Source: Acidobacteriota bacterium
GTDB taxonomy: Bacteria; Acidobacteriota; Vicinamibacteria; Vicinamibacterales; 2-12-FULL-66-21
Direction: 5' to 3'
Assembly: GCA_046735335.1 (NCBI GenBank)
Contig: JBKPTE010000018.1
Coordinates: forward strand, 4,000 to 67,999
DNA length: 64,000 nucleotides
The notes below the pieces were generated by a model. That model made no database searches, was not told the DNA's origin, and was given only the letters and a program-made list of their open reading frames with translations. The translations under genes were made by a program, and so were the position numbers. Of this stretch, positions 1 through 9,597 are shown one piece after another (the first letter of the stretch is position 1; the number at the start of each line of letters is the position of its first letter).

Positions 1-488
1 CGGGCAGCGACACGCGCCGCGTGCTTGGCGGCAGCGGCGGCCTCAACGTCCAGGAGACGGTCGCGATCAATCGCCCGATCGAGGAGCTGTACCGCTTCTG
101 GCGCAACCTCGAAAACCTGCCACAGTTCATGCGCCACCTCGATTCGGTGGAGCGCATCACCGACACGATCTCGCACTGGCGCGCGAAGGGGCCCGCGGGC
201 ACGAGCGTGGAGTGGAATGCCGAGATCATCAACGAGGTGCCGAACCAGGTGATCGGCTGGCGCTCGCTCGAAGGCGCGGACGTCGTCAGCGCCGGTTCCG
301 TGAACTTCGATCCGGAGGGCGCGGGACGCGGCACGCGTGTCACGGTCCGGCTGCAGTACAGCCCGCCGGGAGGCAAGGTCGGCGCCGCGCTCGCGCGGCT
401 CTTCGGGCGCGATGCGGAAACGGAGATCCGCGAGGACCTGCGTCGGTTCAAACAGCTCGTCGAAGCCGGAGAAGTCGCGACGCGCTGA
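1..488 (+). CDS. SRPBCC / polyketide cyclase-dehydrase family protein (5' truncated by window edge)
   Basis: ETVAINRPIEELYRFWRNLENLPQFM...WNAEII...IREDLRRFKQLVEAGE is the typical SRPBCC pattern; frame open from window start. Confidence 0.88.
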   Translation, partial: GSDTRRVLGGSGGLNVQETVAINRPIEELYRFWRNLENLPQFMRHLDSVERITDTISHWRAKGPAGTSVEWNAEIINEVPNQVIGWRSLEGADVVSAGSVNFDPEGAGRGTRVTVRLQYSPPGGKVGAALARLFGRDAETEIREDLRRFKQLVEAGEVATR

Positions 489-491
489 AAA

Positions 492-515
492 TGGCGGGTC
501 TTGAAAGGCCCGCCA
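492..515. repeat. REP-like hairpin / possible bidirectional terminator between convergent genes
   Basis: TGGCGGGTCTTGAAAGGCCCGCCA; same stem family as copies at 46766 and 60582. Confidence 0.65.
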
Positions 516-518
516 CCC

Positions 519-1541
519 TCAACATTCGTTGTTCGCAACCGCCGCGCGGTCCGTCAGCGTCGTGACGACCGACGGGACTGCGCGCGGTTTTGTCTCCCTC
601 CCCTTGCGCAGTACGTTTCCGTCCGCTCCGCCCGGTCCCGGCAGCGCGCGTGAAACGATCGCCATGGCGCGCGCGACGGCCGCGGGGACGGCGGCGTTCG
701 CGGCGGCGGCGAGCTTGGCCTGAGGCGTGATCGTGAGCTCGGGATCGCCGTACCGGCAGGCTTCGACAATCTTCGCGGCGGCGCGCTCCGCCGAAATCGT
801 GACGCCGGGGATGGAGCTCGCGACCTTGAACCACGCGTATTCCGCCTCGTGGTTTCCTTTGAACTGCGCGTTCACGGGGGAGCCGGTGCGCATCAGGCCG
901 GGCGCAACCGTCGTGACACGAATGCCGTGGCGATCCACTTCGGCGCGCACCGCATCGGACAATCCGACGAGCGCAAACTTGCTCGCGGAGTACGGCCCGA
1001 GGTGCGGCACGGCGATCTTTCCTCCTATCGACGCGATGTTGACGATCCGCCCAAAGCCGCGGTGACGCATGATGGGCACCGTCTCGATCATCAGGTGCAG
1101 CGGGCCCCAGAAGTGCGTGGCCATCGCATTCTCGAAATCCTCGTGCGCCATGTGCTCGAGCGGCCCCACCTGGATTACGCCGGCGTTGTTGACGAGGACG
1201 TCGATGGCGCGCCATCGCTCGACGACCAGATCGACCGCCGCGCGCACGTCGGCGCGACGGCGCACGTCGCAGCGAATCGTGAGGACCTGGGCGCCGCGCG
1301 CTTCGAGATCCTCGCGTGCGCGCTCGAGCTCGTTCAGATCGCGCGCGAGCAATACGACGCGCGCGCCCTCGGCGGCGAACTGACGCGCGAGCACGAGCCC
1401 CAGACCGCGCGAGCCGCCGGTGATGACGACGACGCGATCCTCGAACGAGACGGCGTGGCGCGCGCGCGCCAGGCGCGAGGCGACGAGCGCCGCGCCGAAC
1501 CCTGCGGCCAGCCCCCACGCGAACTTCTGCTGCGCATTCAT
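519..1541 (-). CDS. SDR family NAD(P)-dependent oxidoreductase
   Basis: TGGSRGLG, NNAG, YSASK motifs; ATG at 1541 overlaps DUF72 stop (ATGA). Confidence 0.92.
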   Translation of the reverse strand: MNAQQKFAWGLAAGFGAALVASRLARARHAVSFEDRVVVITGGSRGLGLVLARQFAAEGARVVLLARDLNELERAREDLEARGAQVLTIRCDVRRRADVRAAVDLVVERWRAIDVLVNNAGVIQVGPLEHMAHEDFENAMATHFWGPLHLMIETVPIMRHRGFGRIVNIASIGGKIAVPHLGPYSASKFALVGLSDAVRAEVDRHGIRVTTVAPGLMRTGSPVNAQFKGNHEAEYAWFKVASSIPGVTISAERAAAKIVEACRYGDPELTITPQAKLAAAANAAVPAAVARAMAIVSRALPGPGGADGNVLRKGRETKPRAVPSVVTTLTDRAAVANNEC

Positions 1542-2275
1542 CTCGGCTCCTCCAGCACGCGCCGGAGCGTCATGGCGTCCCTCGGCGCGTGTCCTCCAAT
1601 GTCGTTGTTGAAATAGGCGAACACATCGCATCCGGCGTCACGTTCGGCATTCAGCCAGCGCGCCCAGTCGCGAAGACGATCTTCGGGATAGCCGCCGCCA
1701 TATTTCGCGCCGGCGCCGTGGAAACGAACGTAAACGAAAGGGCCGATGCGTTCACGCGCGGTAGCCGATCCCGGCATGTCGTGCAGGCAGAGTGCGATCC
1801 CGCGCTGCTCCATCACCTCGCGGATGCCGCGGTCGTACCACGAGGGGTCGCGGAACTCGACGACGTGACGCGCGTCCGGCGGGAGAAGCGCCGTGAAGGC
1901 CTCGAAGCGTTCGAGATCCGCTTTCCAGCCTGGAGGAAGCTGATAGAGCACCGGCCCGAGGCACGTGCCGAGCGCGCGCAGTCGCGTGAACAGGCGATCC
2001 AGCGGCTCGCCCGGGTCCTTCAGCTTCTTCATGTGGGTGAGGAAGCGGCTCGCTTTCACGGCGAACTCGAACCCAATCGGCGCGCGCCGCCGCCACGCGC
2101 AGAACTGCGATTGTTCCGGGAGCCGATAGAACGTGTTGTTGATCTCGACGGTGTCGAAGAACGCCGCGTAGTGCTCGAACCAGCGGTTCTGCGGCAGATC
2201 GGCCGGATAGAACTGGCCGCGCCAGTGCTTGTACTGCCAGCCCGAGCACCCGATTCGTGCGCTCCCCCGCCCCAT
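1538..2275 (-). CDS. DUF72 domain protein
   Basis: IGCSGWQYKHW, VEINNTFYRLP, LYQLPP, YVRFHG, YFNND motifs. Confidence 0.92.
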   Translation of the reverse strand: MGRGSARIGCSGWQYKHWRGQFYPADLPQNRWFEHYAAFFDTVEINNTFYRLPEQSQFCAWRRRAPIGFEFAVKASRFLTHMKKLKDPGEPLDRLFTRLRALGTCLGPVLYQLPPGWKADLERFEAFTALLPPDARHVVEFRDPSWYDRGIREVMEQRGIALCLHDMPGSATARERIGPFVYVRFHGAGAKYGGGYPEDRLRDWARWLNAERDAGCDVFAYFNNDIGGHAPRDAMTLRRVLEEPR

Positions 2276-2288
2276 CAGCCGGAAGAAC

Positions 2289-2302
2289 GCAACCGGTGTA
2301 CC
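2289..2302 (-). promoter_or_regulatory. sigma54-like -24/-12 promoter of DUF72-SDR
   Basis: minus strand GG-TACACCGGTT-GC, 13 nt before ATG. Confidence 0.55.
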
Positions 2303-2312
2303 GCGACCCCGT

Positions 2313-2543
2313 TCACTCGTTGCGGTTCGTTCGCGGGCCGCGAATCTCGCGCTCCGCCGCGAGCCAGTCCTCCCAGTCCTGACCGTGCGATCCGCCGCGC
2401 TCGAGGTACAGCTCGTACGCCCGGCGCTCGATGCGCGTCTGCTCATCGGAACGCTCGGCTGCCGCATTCCTGACTTGCTCCTCGTTCGGCCGCTCGCCGG
2501 AACGCGAAGATGTCGGGTTCTCTGGTGTTCTCATCTTGGACAT
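2313..2543 (-). CDS. DUF2934 domain small protein
   Basis: IERRAYELYLERGGSHGQDWEDWLAAERE signature. Confidence 0.88.
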   Translation of the reverse strand: MSKMRTPENPTSSRSGERPNEEQVRNAAAERSDEQTRIERRAYELYLERGGSHGQDWEDWLAAEREIRGPRTNRNE

Positions 2544-2556
2544 GAGACAGGTGGGA

Positions 2557-2571
2557 TCAACTCATGTGCCA
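2557..2571 (-). promoter_or_regulatory. sigma54-like promoter of DUF2934 gene
   Basis: minus strand TGGCAC-ATGAG-TTGA, 13 nt before ATG. Confidence 0.5.
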
Positions 2572-2674
2572 ATTCGAAACACGCGTGATTCGAAGGCGGC
2601 GCTGAGCTGGCGGACGTCGGTGCACGGGCCCACGCGCATCGATTTGATACGACAGTCGCGCGTTGCCTGCGATA

Positions 2675-3247
2675 TCAGACAGCGGGCGTGCTCGTCTCGT
2701 GCGGTGCCTTCGCGACGACACGGACCACCCACCGAAGCGCCTCCTCGTCGGCGCTCACCTGTGCGACGACGGTCAGGGGCGCGCGCTCCCGCGGACGCAT
2801 GCGGAACGTAATCTCGGAAGTGGTGTCGGGGACCACCCGCAGCACATCCGTGAGAAACGCTCGCCTGTCTTCGCACACGAACACGCTGAGGACCTTGCCG
2901 ACGAGGAAGCGTTGGCTGACGTTGAGGAGCTCGGCGGCTGCGGGATTTGCCTCGATGATTACCGAGTCAGATTTCGTCACCAGGTAGGGCTGCGGCATCC
3001 GGTCGGAGAGGAGCCGGTACTTGCGGTATTGATTGGTCAGCTCCATCCGGAGCTCTTCCGCCCGGGCACGATGTTCGATGATCTGCTCCTGCGCGACACG
3101 CAGTTCCTCGAGCGCCGTCCCGAGATCCGCAATCGCACGATCGAGGAGCTTTGCCGGGTCGGCGGGCTCCGATGCCACGCGGCGCTGAAGGGTCGAAAAA
3201 CGCTGAAGGGCGGAGACGAGCTGCAATTCGAGGGCGTCAACTGACAC
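2675..3247 (-). CDS. coiled-coil + PAS domain protein (no output domain)
   Basis: LEELRVAQEQI coiled coil then PAS (PQPYLVT...IEANPAAAELL...GKVLSVFV); GTG start with AGAGG RBS. Confidence 0.75.
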   Translation of the reverse strand: MSVDALELQLVSALQRFSTLQRRVASEPADPAKLLDRAIADLGTALEELRVAQEQIIEHRARAEELRMELTNQYRKYRLLSDRMPQPYLVTKSDSVIIEANPAAAELLNVSQRFLVGKVLSVFVCEDRRAFLTDVLRVVPDTTSEITFRMRPRERAPLTVVAQVSADEEALRWVVRVVAKAPHETSTPAV

Positions 3248-3439
3248 AGGACCTCTTTTCCGTAACGCGCCATCATAATCCCCAATTGCCGGTGACGACT
3301 TGCAGTAGAGCACCGGCACATGCCCAATCGCCGCGGAGACGACCTCGCGCGGGACCTGCCGCGCCGACGTAATTCGTCCCGCCATTGCCGAGCACGGGCA
3401 GGAGCTCGTCCTCCGTCTTCCGGAGGAGACGCCAAACAT

Positions 3440-3844
3440 CAGCACCGAGCTGAACTCGGCGAACGCCTTCCTGGAAAGTGTGTTCACGAGCCTCGGGCAG
3501 GCGGTCGTGGTCGTGGACCGAGAGATGCGCGTGCAGGTGTGGAACCCGGAAGCGTCGGATTATGGGGACTGCGCTCCGACGAGGTTCGCGGCACCTATTT
3601 CTTCGGACTGGAAATCGGACTGCCCGGTACCGAGCTGCACCAACAGACGCTCGATGTGGTGAACGCATCGGCCGCGCGACGCGAGCTCACCGTGAACGCG
3701 ACGAACCGCAAAGGCCGCCGGCTCCTGTGCCGCGCCAGCGTCATGCCGTTGAGAAGCGCGGACGCGATCGCCGGCGCGATTCTCCTGATGGAAGAGATGC
3801 AGGCCCCCCGAGTAGCCCTCCGTCGTTTCCGCGTGCGCGACTGA
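3440..3844 (+). pseudogene. frameshifted C-terminal PAS fragment of a CheR-PAS-type protein
   Basis: ELNSANAFLESVFTSLGQAVVVVDREMRVQVWN in one frame continues as LWGLRSDEVRG...EIGLP...ATNRKGR...GAILLMEE in another; 1-nt loss near 3560; no intact N-terminus. Confidence 0.65.
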
Positions 3845-3899
3845 TCGCCTCGACACCGCCAGCCGACGCGCCAATGACGATGATGTCGTGCCTGGCCAC
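3839..3899 (-). pseudogene. N-terminal stub of CheB-type methylesterase
   Basis: GGAGG RBS + GTG, HDIIVIGASAGGVEAI (CheB catalytic-Ser motif), then similarity is lost. Confidence 0.65.
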
Positions 3900-3943
3900 A
3901 CGTCCTCCTGCTCCGGCGTGGTTCATAACCGTTCCATGTGCAC

Positions 3944-4828
3944 TCAGGCGTACCGCCGCACCTGTGCGGCGCAGAACTCAGCGAAAGGACGAACGTCCCG
4001 GGGCGGGCTGGTGTGGTGGGGACGAACGCCTTCGGCTTCGGGGGTAAAGCAGAAGGTGACCGTCACGTCGAACGGTTCGAGCGCGCGCATCTGCCGGTCG
4101 AACCACGCCTGCGCGCCGGGACGAACGCTGTCTGCCCAGCTCAGGCCTGTACGCAGATACGTTACACCCAGTGCCTTCATCCAGCGCACCGCATCCTCGA
4201 GGCGGTGGTCCTCGAAATGGAACCACTGGCAGATGCCCAGTTCCGGCGTGTAGTTCGGGAAATCGTGCAGCGCGAGCTTCGGCGTGCCGTCCTCGCGCAG
4301 GAGGCCCATGTAGAAGTGACGGTAGTACGACGAGCCCTCGGCCTCGCGGTGGCGCGTGGTCGCGGGCCAGGCACGCGGCAGGTCGAACAGGCTATACCAG
4401 TGGATGCGGTTCGATCGTCCGGTGAGCAGCTCCGCGCTGCGGCGCAGTCCGAACTGCTGCACTTCCTCCGCACCGAAGCTCGAGACGCCGACTTCGGAGA
4501 TCCACACCGGCTTCGGCGTGACCGCCTCGATCTCGGCGAGCTTGCACGGCCACTCGTGGATCTGCCAGTGGTTCCAGTCCAGCGGAAAGCCGTGGACGGC
4601 GACGGCATCAACCGCGTCGACGGCGCCCGCGTGCTGCAGGTTGCGCAGGAACTCGGGGTCGATCGGCGACATCCCGCCGAGCACGCGGGTGAGGTTCGGG
4701 CGTTCCGCTGCGATCGCGTCCGACGCGGTCCGCACCAGGTCCGAGAAGACCCGCCAGCCCTGATCGACCTGGAAGTCCCAGTGGGAGAGGTTGTTGGGTT
4801 CGTTCCACAACATCACCGCTTCAACCAC
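3944..4828 (-). CDS. clan GH-A-like glycoside hydrolase (beta-xylosidase-like), last gene of the cassette
   Basis: WNEP acid/base motif, VHGFP, VWISEVG nucleophile motif; GTG start with GGAGGAG RBS. Confidence 0.8.
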   Translation of the reverse strand: MVEAVMLWNEPNNLSHWDFQVDQGWRVFSDLVRTASDAIAAERPNLTRVLGGMSPIDPEFLRNLQHAGAVDAVDAVAVHGFPLDWNHWQIHEWPCKLAEIEAVTPKPVWISEVGVSSFGAEEVQQFGLRRSAELLTGRSNRIHWYSLFDLPRAWPATTRHREAEGSSYYRHFYMGLLREDGTPKLALHDFPNYTPELGICQWFHFEDHRLEDAVRWMKALGVTYLRTGLSWADSVRPGAQAWFDRQMRALEPFDVTVTFCFTPEAEGVRPHHTSPPRDVRPFAEFCAAQVRRYA

Positions 4829-5577
4829 GCCGGCAACTCCTCCCCATACCGCTCCACGCTGGCGCGGCGACGGCAGATGAACACTTCTTCTTCGGGCTGG
4901 TCGACGATCCCGAACCCGGCGCTGCGCAGCATCGCCTGCGCGCACGCCTGATTCGGAATCCACCAGTTCGTCGGATCGTGCGCGTACCTGCGCTCCACGA
5001 AGTACAGGCGCGGGTACGCGGGGTCCTCGAACTGCTCCGTCTGCGAGAACTCGTAATCGCGTTCGAACGGTTTCACGGCAGGGCTCCCGCGCAGCATCGA
5101 CTGGAACACGAGCAGGTCGTCCACCATGCAGTCGTGCAGGATGTCCAGCGCGAGCAGCGGATGACGCAGGTGGTAGAGGACGCCCATGAACAGCACGATG
5201 TCGAACCGTTCACCGAGCGTCGGCAGCTCGTACACCGAGAGCTGGTGGAACTCGATGTCGGCGTCCACGACCTCGGCGGCGAACCGCGCCTGTGCGAGGT
5301 AGCGTGCATCCGAGTCGACGCCCACCACGCGCGCCGCGCCGCGGCGCTTCATCTCGAGGCAGTAGAATCCCGCGTTGCACCCGACATCGAGCACCGTCTT
5401 GCCGGACAGATCCGCGGGGAGCGCGTGCGAGAAGCGCTCCCATTTGACCGCGGGGTAATCGCCGAGGAAGTGATTCGGCGCCGTCGGGACGCCGCCCAGA
5501 TTGATGTTGTGAAACCAGTCGCCCAGCTCGCGAATGCGATCGCGAATGGCGTCGGTCGTCAGGCCGGAGACGCTCAT
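4813..5577 (-). CDS. SAM-dependent methyltransferase, TIGR04290 (Rta_06860)-like
   Basis: WFHNINL...APNHFLGDYP, VLDVGCNAGF, FMGVLYHLRHP, DPTNWWIPN. Confidence 0.88.
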   Translation of the reverse strand: MSVSGLTTDAIRDRIRELGDWFHNINLGGVPTAPNHFLGDYPAVKWERFSHALPADLSGKTVLDVGCNAGFYCLEMKRRGAARVVGVDSDARYLAQARFAAEVVDADIEFHQLSVYELPTLGERFDIVLFMGVLYHLRHPLLALDILHDCMVDDLLVFQSMLRGSPAVKPFERDYEFSQTEQFEDPAYPRLYFVERRYAHDPTNWWIPNQACAQAMLRSAGFGIVDQPEEEVFICRRRASVERYGEELPAWLKR

Positions 5578-6665
5578 CGCACGGCCTTCGCCGAGGCCGA
5601 GGCACCTCTGAAGAGGTGCCCTACGTGGCCTTCCAGCTCCATCGCGCGGTGCGCGGCAGTGTGTGCGGAGAGGACGCGAGCGCGCGCACGGGCGGCCATC
5701 GAGGTGCGAGTCTCTTCGTCGATCTCCCGAAGGTAGCCGAGCGTCTCGCGGGCGCTGCGCGCGATGAGCAGCTCGACGTCTGGCGTGAAGAACTGCTCGA
5801 TGCCTTCCCACGCATCGCTGATGATGGGCGTGCCGCAGGCGGCCGCCTCGAACAAGCGCACGCTCGGGGAATATCCGGCGCGCACCATGTCCGCCCGCGT
5901 CACGTTCAGCGTGTAGCGCATCGCGTTGTAGAACCGCCGGTGCTGATTGGGCGCGAGATGGATGACGCGCTTCACGTTCCGCGGCCACACGATCGAGTCG
6001 GGATACTGCGGTCCGGCAACGGCAAAGTGTCCTTCCGGCCATCGTTCCGCGGCCTGCAGCATCAGCCGATCGAGAACGGGCTGGCGATCGTCGCTGTAGG
6101 TGCCGAGGTATCCCAGGTCCCAGCGCGCACGCCGCGGCTCCGGATAGTAGAGATCCGGATCGACCGAGCAATGGAGCGCGCGCGCGTGGGGAGATCCATA
6201 CTGGCGTTCGAGCCGGTCGAGCGTCGGGCCGCCGGTGAAGGACAGATACAGGTCGTAGCGGGGAATCTGACGCGTGGCGAGGTACTCCGCGCCGCCGGCT
6301 GCAAGCCGCGCGAGGGTCACCGGTGTATCGATGTCGTAGAACGCCGTGAGCCCGCCGGCGGTGCGCAGCACGAGATCGCCAACCTCGATTCCTTCGGGCA
6401 CGTACGATCCGACGATCGCGAGATCCGCCTCGTGCAAGTCCGCCGCGGCCTTCTCCGCCAGCTCCGCGAGGCTCTCGTAGATGACCGCGCGGCAATACGG
6501 CGGCTCCGGCAGGTCGCGATTGTCCGCGTACCACGGAAGGTTGCGCTCGAAAAACACGATCTCGTGCCCGCGGCGCGCAAGCGCACGCACGAGCGCGCGA
6601 TACGTCGTCGCGTGGCCGTTGCCCCACGACGAGGTGATCGACAGCCCACAGATGGCAATCTTCAT
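5574..6665 (-). CDS. CgeB-family glycosyltransferase
   Basis: GLSITSSWGNGHATTYR, YDIDTP, YLGTYSDDRQ, SVRLFEAAACG. Confidence 0.9.
   Translation of the reverse strand: MKIAICGLSITSSWGNGHATTYRALVRALARRGHEIVFFERNLPWYADNRDLPEPPYCRAVIYESLAELAEKAAADLHEADLAIVGSYVPEGIEVGDLVLRTAGGLTAFYDIDTPVTLARLAAGGAEYLATRQIPRYDLYLSFTGGPTLDRLERQYGSPHARALHCSVDPDLYYPEPRRARWDLGYLGTYSDDRQPVLDRLMLQAAERWPEGHFAVAGPQYPDSIVWPRNVKRVIHLAPNQHRRFYNAMRYTLNVTRADMVRAGYSPSVRLFEAAACGTPIISDAWEGIEQFFTPDVELLIARSARETLGYLREIDEETRTSMAARARARVLSAHTAAHRAMELEGHVGHLFRGASASAKAVR
5601..5624 (-). repeat. GTAG-type REP palindrome inside CDS (encodes VGHLFRGA)
   Basis: minus strand GTAG-GGCACCTCT-TC-AGAGGTGCC. Confidence 0.75.
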
Positions 6666-7807
6666 ACGGTTCGTACGCTCCCGGTTCCGGCGCGCGACGA
6701 GGTCGGCTCCTCTCCGTCCCGCTGCGACACCGTCGCGACGATGTCGAGCAGCTCGTCGACGCGGTGCGCGCACGTATGGCGCTCGAGCACGGTGCGGTGG
6801 CCGTGCTGCGCGATCGCGGACGCGAAGTCCGAGTCTTGCAGCAGTCGCGCCATCGCGCTTCGCATCTCGCCCGGCGTGCGCACCATCAGAAAATCTCCCC
6901 CCGCGGTGAAGAGGCCTTCGCAGTCGTCCCACGAGCAGGACACGAGCGGAATCCCGCACGCGAGCGCCTCGAAGACCCGAATGGTGGGAATGCCCGGGAG
7001 CGCCTCGACGTACGGCCGCCGTGGAATGTGAACGGTGAGCCGGAACTGCGCGTAGACCTCGGGCGCGCGGTAATTCGGGAGCCATCCCCGGTAGTCGACG
7101 CCTGCGTCCGCAAGCTCGCGACGCGCACCCTCGGGGTACCGGACGCCATGGACGCACGTGCTCAGCCGCAGCGCGCGCGCGGGCTCGATCAGGAACTGCC
7201 GGATCTCCGCCGACCGCTCGTCGTCGCCCCAGTTGCCGATCCACACAAGATCACCGGTCTTGTCGGCCTCGAGCGGATGGAAGACGCGCGGATCCGCCGC
7301 CTCGTGCCACGTCCACGCACGGCGCGACCAGCCGTTCTCGACGTAGCGCTCGCGGATGACTTCACCAAAGGCGAGGACGCCGTCGTAGTCCTCCAGCGCG
7401 TAGCTGGCCATCTCGTCCGGTTCGGTGACCGATCGATGATGCGTATCGTGAAACAGCAGCGCGAAGCGGCCGCCCCTCCTTCGCATGTGGCCGATGCGCT
7501 CCACGAGATCGTGGCTGTTCCACTCGTGGACGATGACCACATCCGCCCCGTCGAGCGCGTCCTCCAGGTCCAGCGACGAGGCGTCGTAGCGTGTAGACCG
7601 GAGCGTGGGATAGCTCGCACGGTACGCATCCACGGCCTTCGGGCCTGCCTCGAGGACGAGATTCTGCACGCTCCACGCGTCGCGCGGCTCGAACGCTCGA
7701 AGCTCGTGCCCGCGGTCGATCAACTCGGACGCGACGCCGCGCAGGAAATGCGCGTTCCCGTGGTTCCAGTCCGATGCGAGCGAGTGGCAGAACAACACGA
7801 AGCGCAT
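6662..7807 (-). CDS. CgeB-family glycosyltransferase
   Basis: HSLASDWNHGNAHFLRG, FHDTHHR, IGNWGDDER, TIRVFEALACG. Confidence 0.9.
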   Translation of the reverse strand: MRFVLFCHSLASDWNHGNAHFLRGVASELIDRGHELRAFEPRDAWSVQNLVLEAGPKAVDAYRASYPTLRSTRYDASSLDLEDALDGADVVIVHEWNSHDLVERIGHMRRRGGRFALLFHDTHHRSVTEPDEMASYALEDYDGVLAFGEVIRERYVENGWSRRAWTWHEAADPRVFHPLEADKTGDLVWIGNWGDDERSAEIRQFLIEPARALRLSTCVHGVRYPEGARRELADAGVDYRGWLPNYRAPEVYAQFRLTVHIPRRPYVEALPGIPTIRVFEALACGIPLVSCSWDDCEGLFTAGGDFLMVRTPGEMRSAMARLLQDSDFASAIAQHGHRTVLERHTCAHRVDELLDIVATVSQRDGEEPTSSRAGTGSVRTV

Positions 7808-9585
7808 CAGACGCCAGGCCTTCCGGAGACGTCGGTCAATTGCGTCGCCAGGTCGCGATAAAGCGCGCTGGTCTCGAGCAGCGCCTCGTGCCCGCCAATC
7901 GCGACGATGCGGCCGCGGTCCATCACGACAATGCGGTCCGCGTTCCGGACGGTCGACAGCCGATGGGCTACGACGAACGTCGTTCGCCCCTTGCGCAGCT
8001 TCTCGAGGCCGGCGAACACCTCGCGCTCGCTGAGTGTGTCGAGGGCGGCCGTGGGCTCGTCGAGAATCAGGATTGGCGCGTCCTTCAGGAACGCGCGCGC
8101 CATGCTCATGCGCTGGCGCTGCCCGCCCGACAGCGTGAACCCGCCCGTGCCGAGTTCGCTTGCGTAGCCTTCGTCCAGCTCGATGATGAAGTCGTGCGCA
8201 TGTGCGTTGATCGCCGCCTGCTGCACGTCCACCGGGCTGGCGTCGAGGCGCCCGTAGCGCAGGTTGTCGAAGACGGTGCCCGACATCACGATCGCATCCT
8301 GCATCACGATCGACACCTGTTCGCGCAGATCCCTCAGGCGCAGGGTCCTGAGGTCGATCCCGTCGATCAGCACGCGTCCGGACGACGGCTCGTAGAACCG
8401 CGGGATCAGGCTGACGAGCGTCGTTTTGCCCGCGCCGGAGGGCCCGACGAGCGCCACCAGTTCCCCCGCGTGCACCGTCAGGTTGACGTCGCTCAGCACC
8501 GGACGGTTCTCGTACGAGAACCACACGTGCTCGAACGTGACCTTTCCCGTGAACCTCATCGTCTGGCGTCGATCGCGCTGATCGATCGGCTCCGGCATGA
8601 TCGCGAGCGTCTCGCGGACGCGGCCCGCGCTGACGAGCGCCTGGTGAATCGTCCCCGCCGTGTTCGCGATCCCAGCCAGCGGCCCATAGACGAAGCCGAG
8701 ATACGCGAGCGCCACGAGGAGCGTTCCGACGGTCAGCGAGCCGCGCAACACCAGCAGGCCGCCGACGATGATCACGAGCGTGCTGCCGATCACCGTCAGG
8801 GTCCCGACGACGAGCGAAAAGACTGCTTCGGCGGTCGACAGGCCCACCCGCGCGCGCATCGCTTCCTCGGTCTCGCGCGAGAAGCGTGCGCTCTCGTACG
8901 GCTCGCGCGCGAAGCTCTTGATCAACCGGATTGCAGCGAAGCTCTCGTGCAGCCGCGCCGTGAGCCGCGACTCGAGCTGCTTCGTGCGCTCGGCGCCTGG
9001 ACGGAGCCGCCGGCCGGCCCAGCGAATCCAGACCAGCATGAACGGCACGACCGAGAGCGAGACCAGCGCAAGCGAGACGTTGATCTTCATCAGGATCCCG
9101 AACATCAGGACGAGCGTCACGGCGGAGAAGGTCATCGGGAAGACGCCGCGCAGCAGCATCTGCTCCAACGAGGCGGCATCCGCCTCGAGCCGGTGGACGG
9201 CGTCACCGACGGGCATCCGCGAGTGATGGCGCAAGGCAAGGCCCTGCAGGTGATCGAACAGCTCCTGGCGCAGGTCACGCGTCAGAAGATGTCCCGTCAC
9301 GCTGAAGAGCCGCGTATGCGCCATCAACACCGCCTGGTGGGCGAACTGAATCAGAATCCCTGCCACGGCAATCGCGATCAGCATCGAGGCGCGGCTGCCG
9401 GGCACGAGCCCCGGAAGCCGGAGCACCCATGCCGCGGGCGGCATCGGCCCGAGCGCCTGATCGACGATGGCTTTCATGGGCCAGGGCAGCAGGACGCGCA
9501 GCGCCACCTCGACCACCGACAGCGTGGCCAGCAGTGCCACGCGCCCGCGGTACGGCTTCAGGTGTTCAATCGCCCAGGTAAGCAC
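7807..9585 (-). CDS. ABC exporter, fused TMD-NBD (MsbA/PglK-like)
   Basis: hydrophobic N-terminal domain; GPSGAGKTT, LSGGQRQR, ILILDEPT, VAHRL. Confidence 0.93.
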   Translation of the reverse strand: MLTWAIEHLKPYRGRVALLATLSVVEVALRVLLPWPMKAIVDQALGPMPPAAWVLRLPGLVPGSRASMLIAIAVAGILIQFAHQAVLMAHTRLFSVTGHLLTRDLRQELFDHLQGLALRHHSRMPVGDAVHRLEADAASLEQMLLRGVFPMTFSAVTLVLMFGILMKINVSLALVSLSVVPFMLVWIRWAGRRLRPGAERTKQLESRLTARLHESFAAIRLIKSFAREPYESARFSRETEEAMRARVGLSTAEAVFSLVVGTLTVIGSTLVIIVGGLLVLRGSLTVGTLLVALAYLGFVYGPLAGIANTAGTIHQALVSAGRVRETLAIMPEPIDQRDRRQTMRFTGKVTFEHVWFSYENRPVLSDVNLTVHAGELVALVGPSGAGKTTLVSLIPRFYEPSSGRVLIDGIDLRTLRLRDLREQVSIVMQDAIVMSGTVFDNLRYGRLDASPVDVQQAAINAHAHDFIIELDEGYASELGTGGFTLSGGQRQRMSMARAFLKDAPILILDEPTAALDTLSEREVFAGLEKLRKGRTTFVVAHRLSTVRNADRIVVMDRGRIVAIGGHEALLETSALYRDLATQLTDVSGRPGV

Positions 9586-9597
9586 CCGGAGCCCGGC

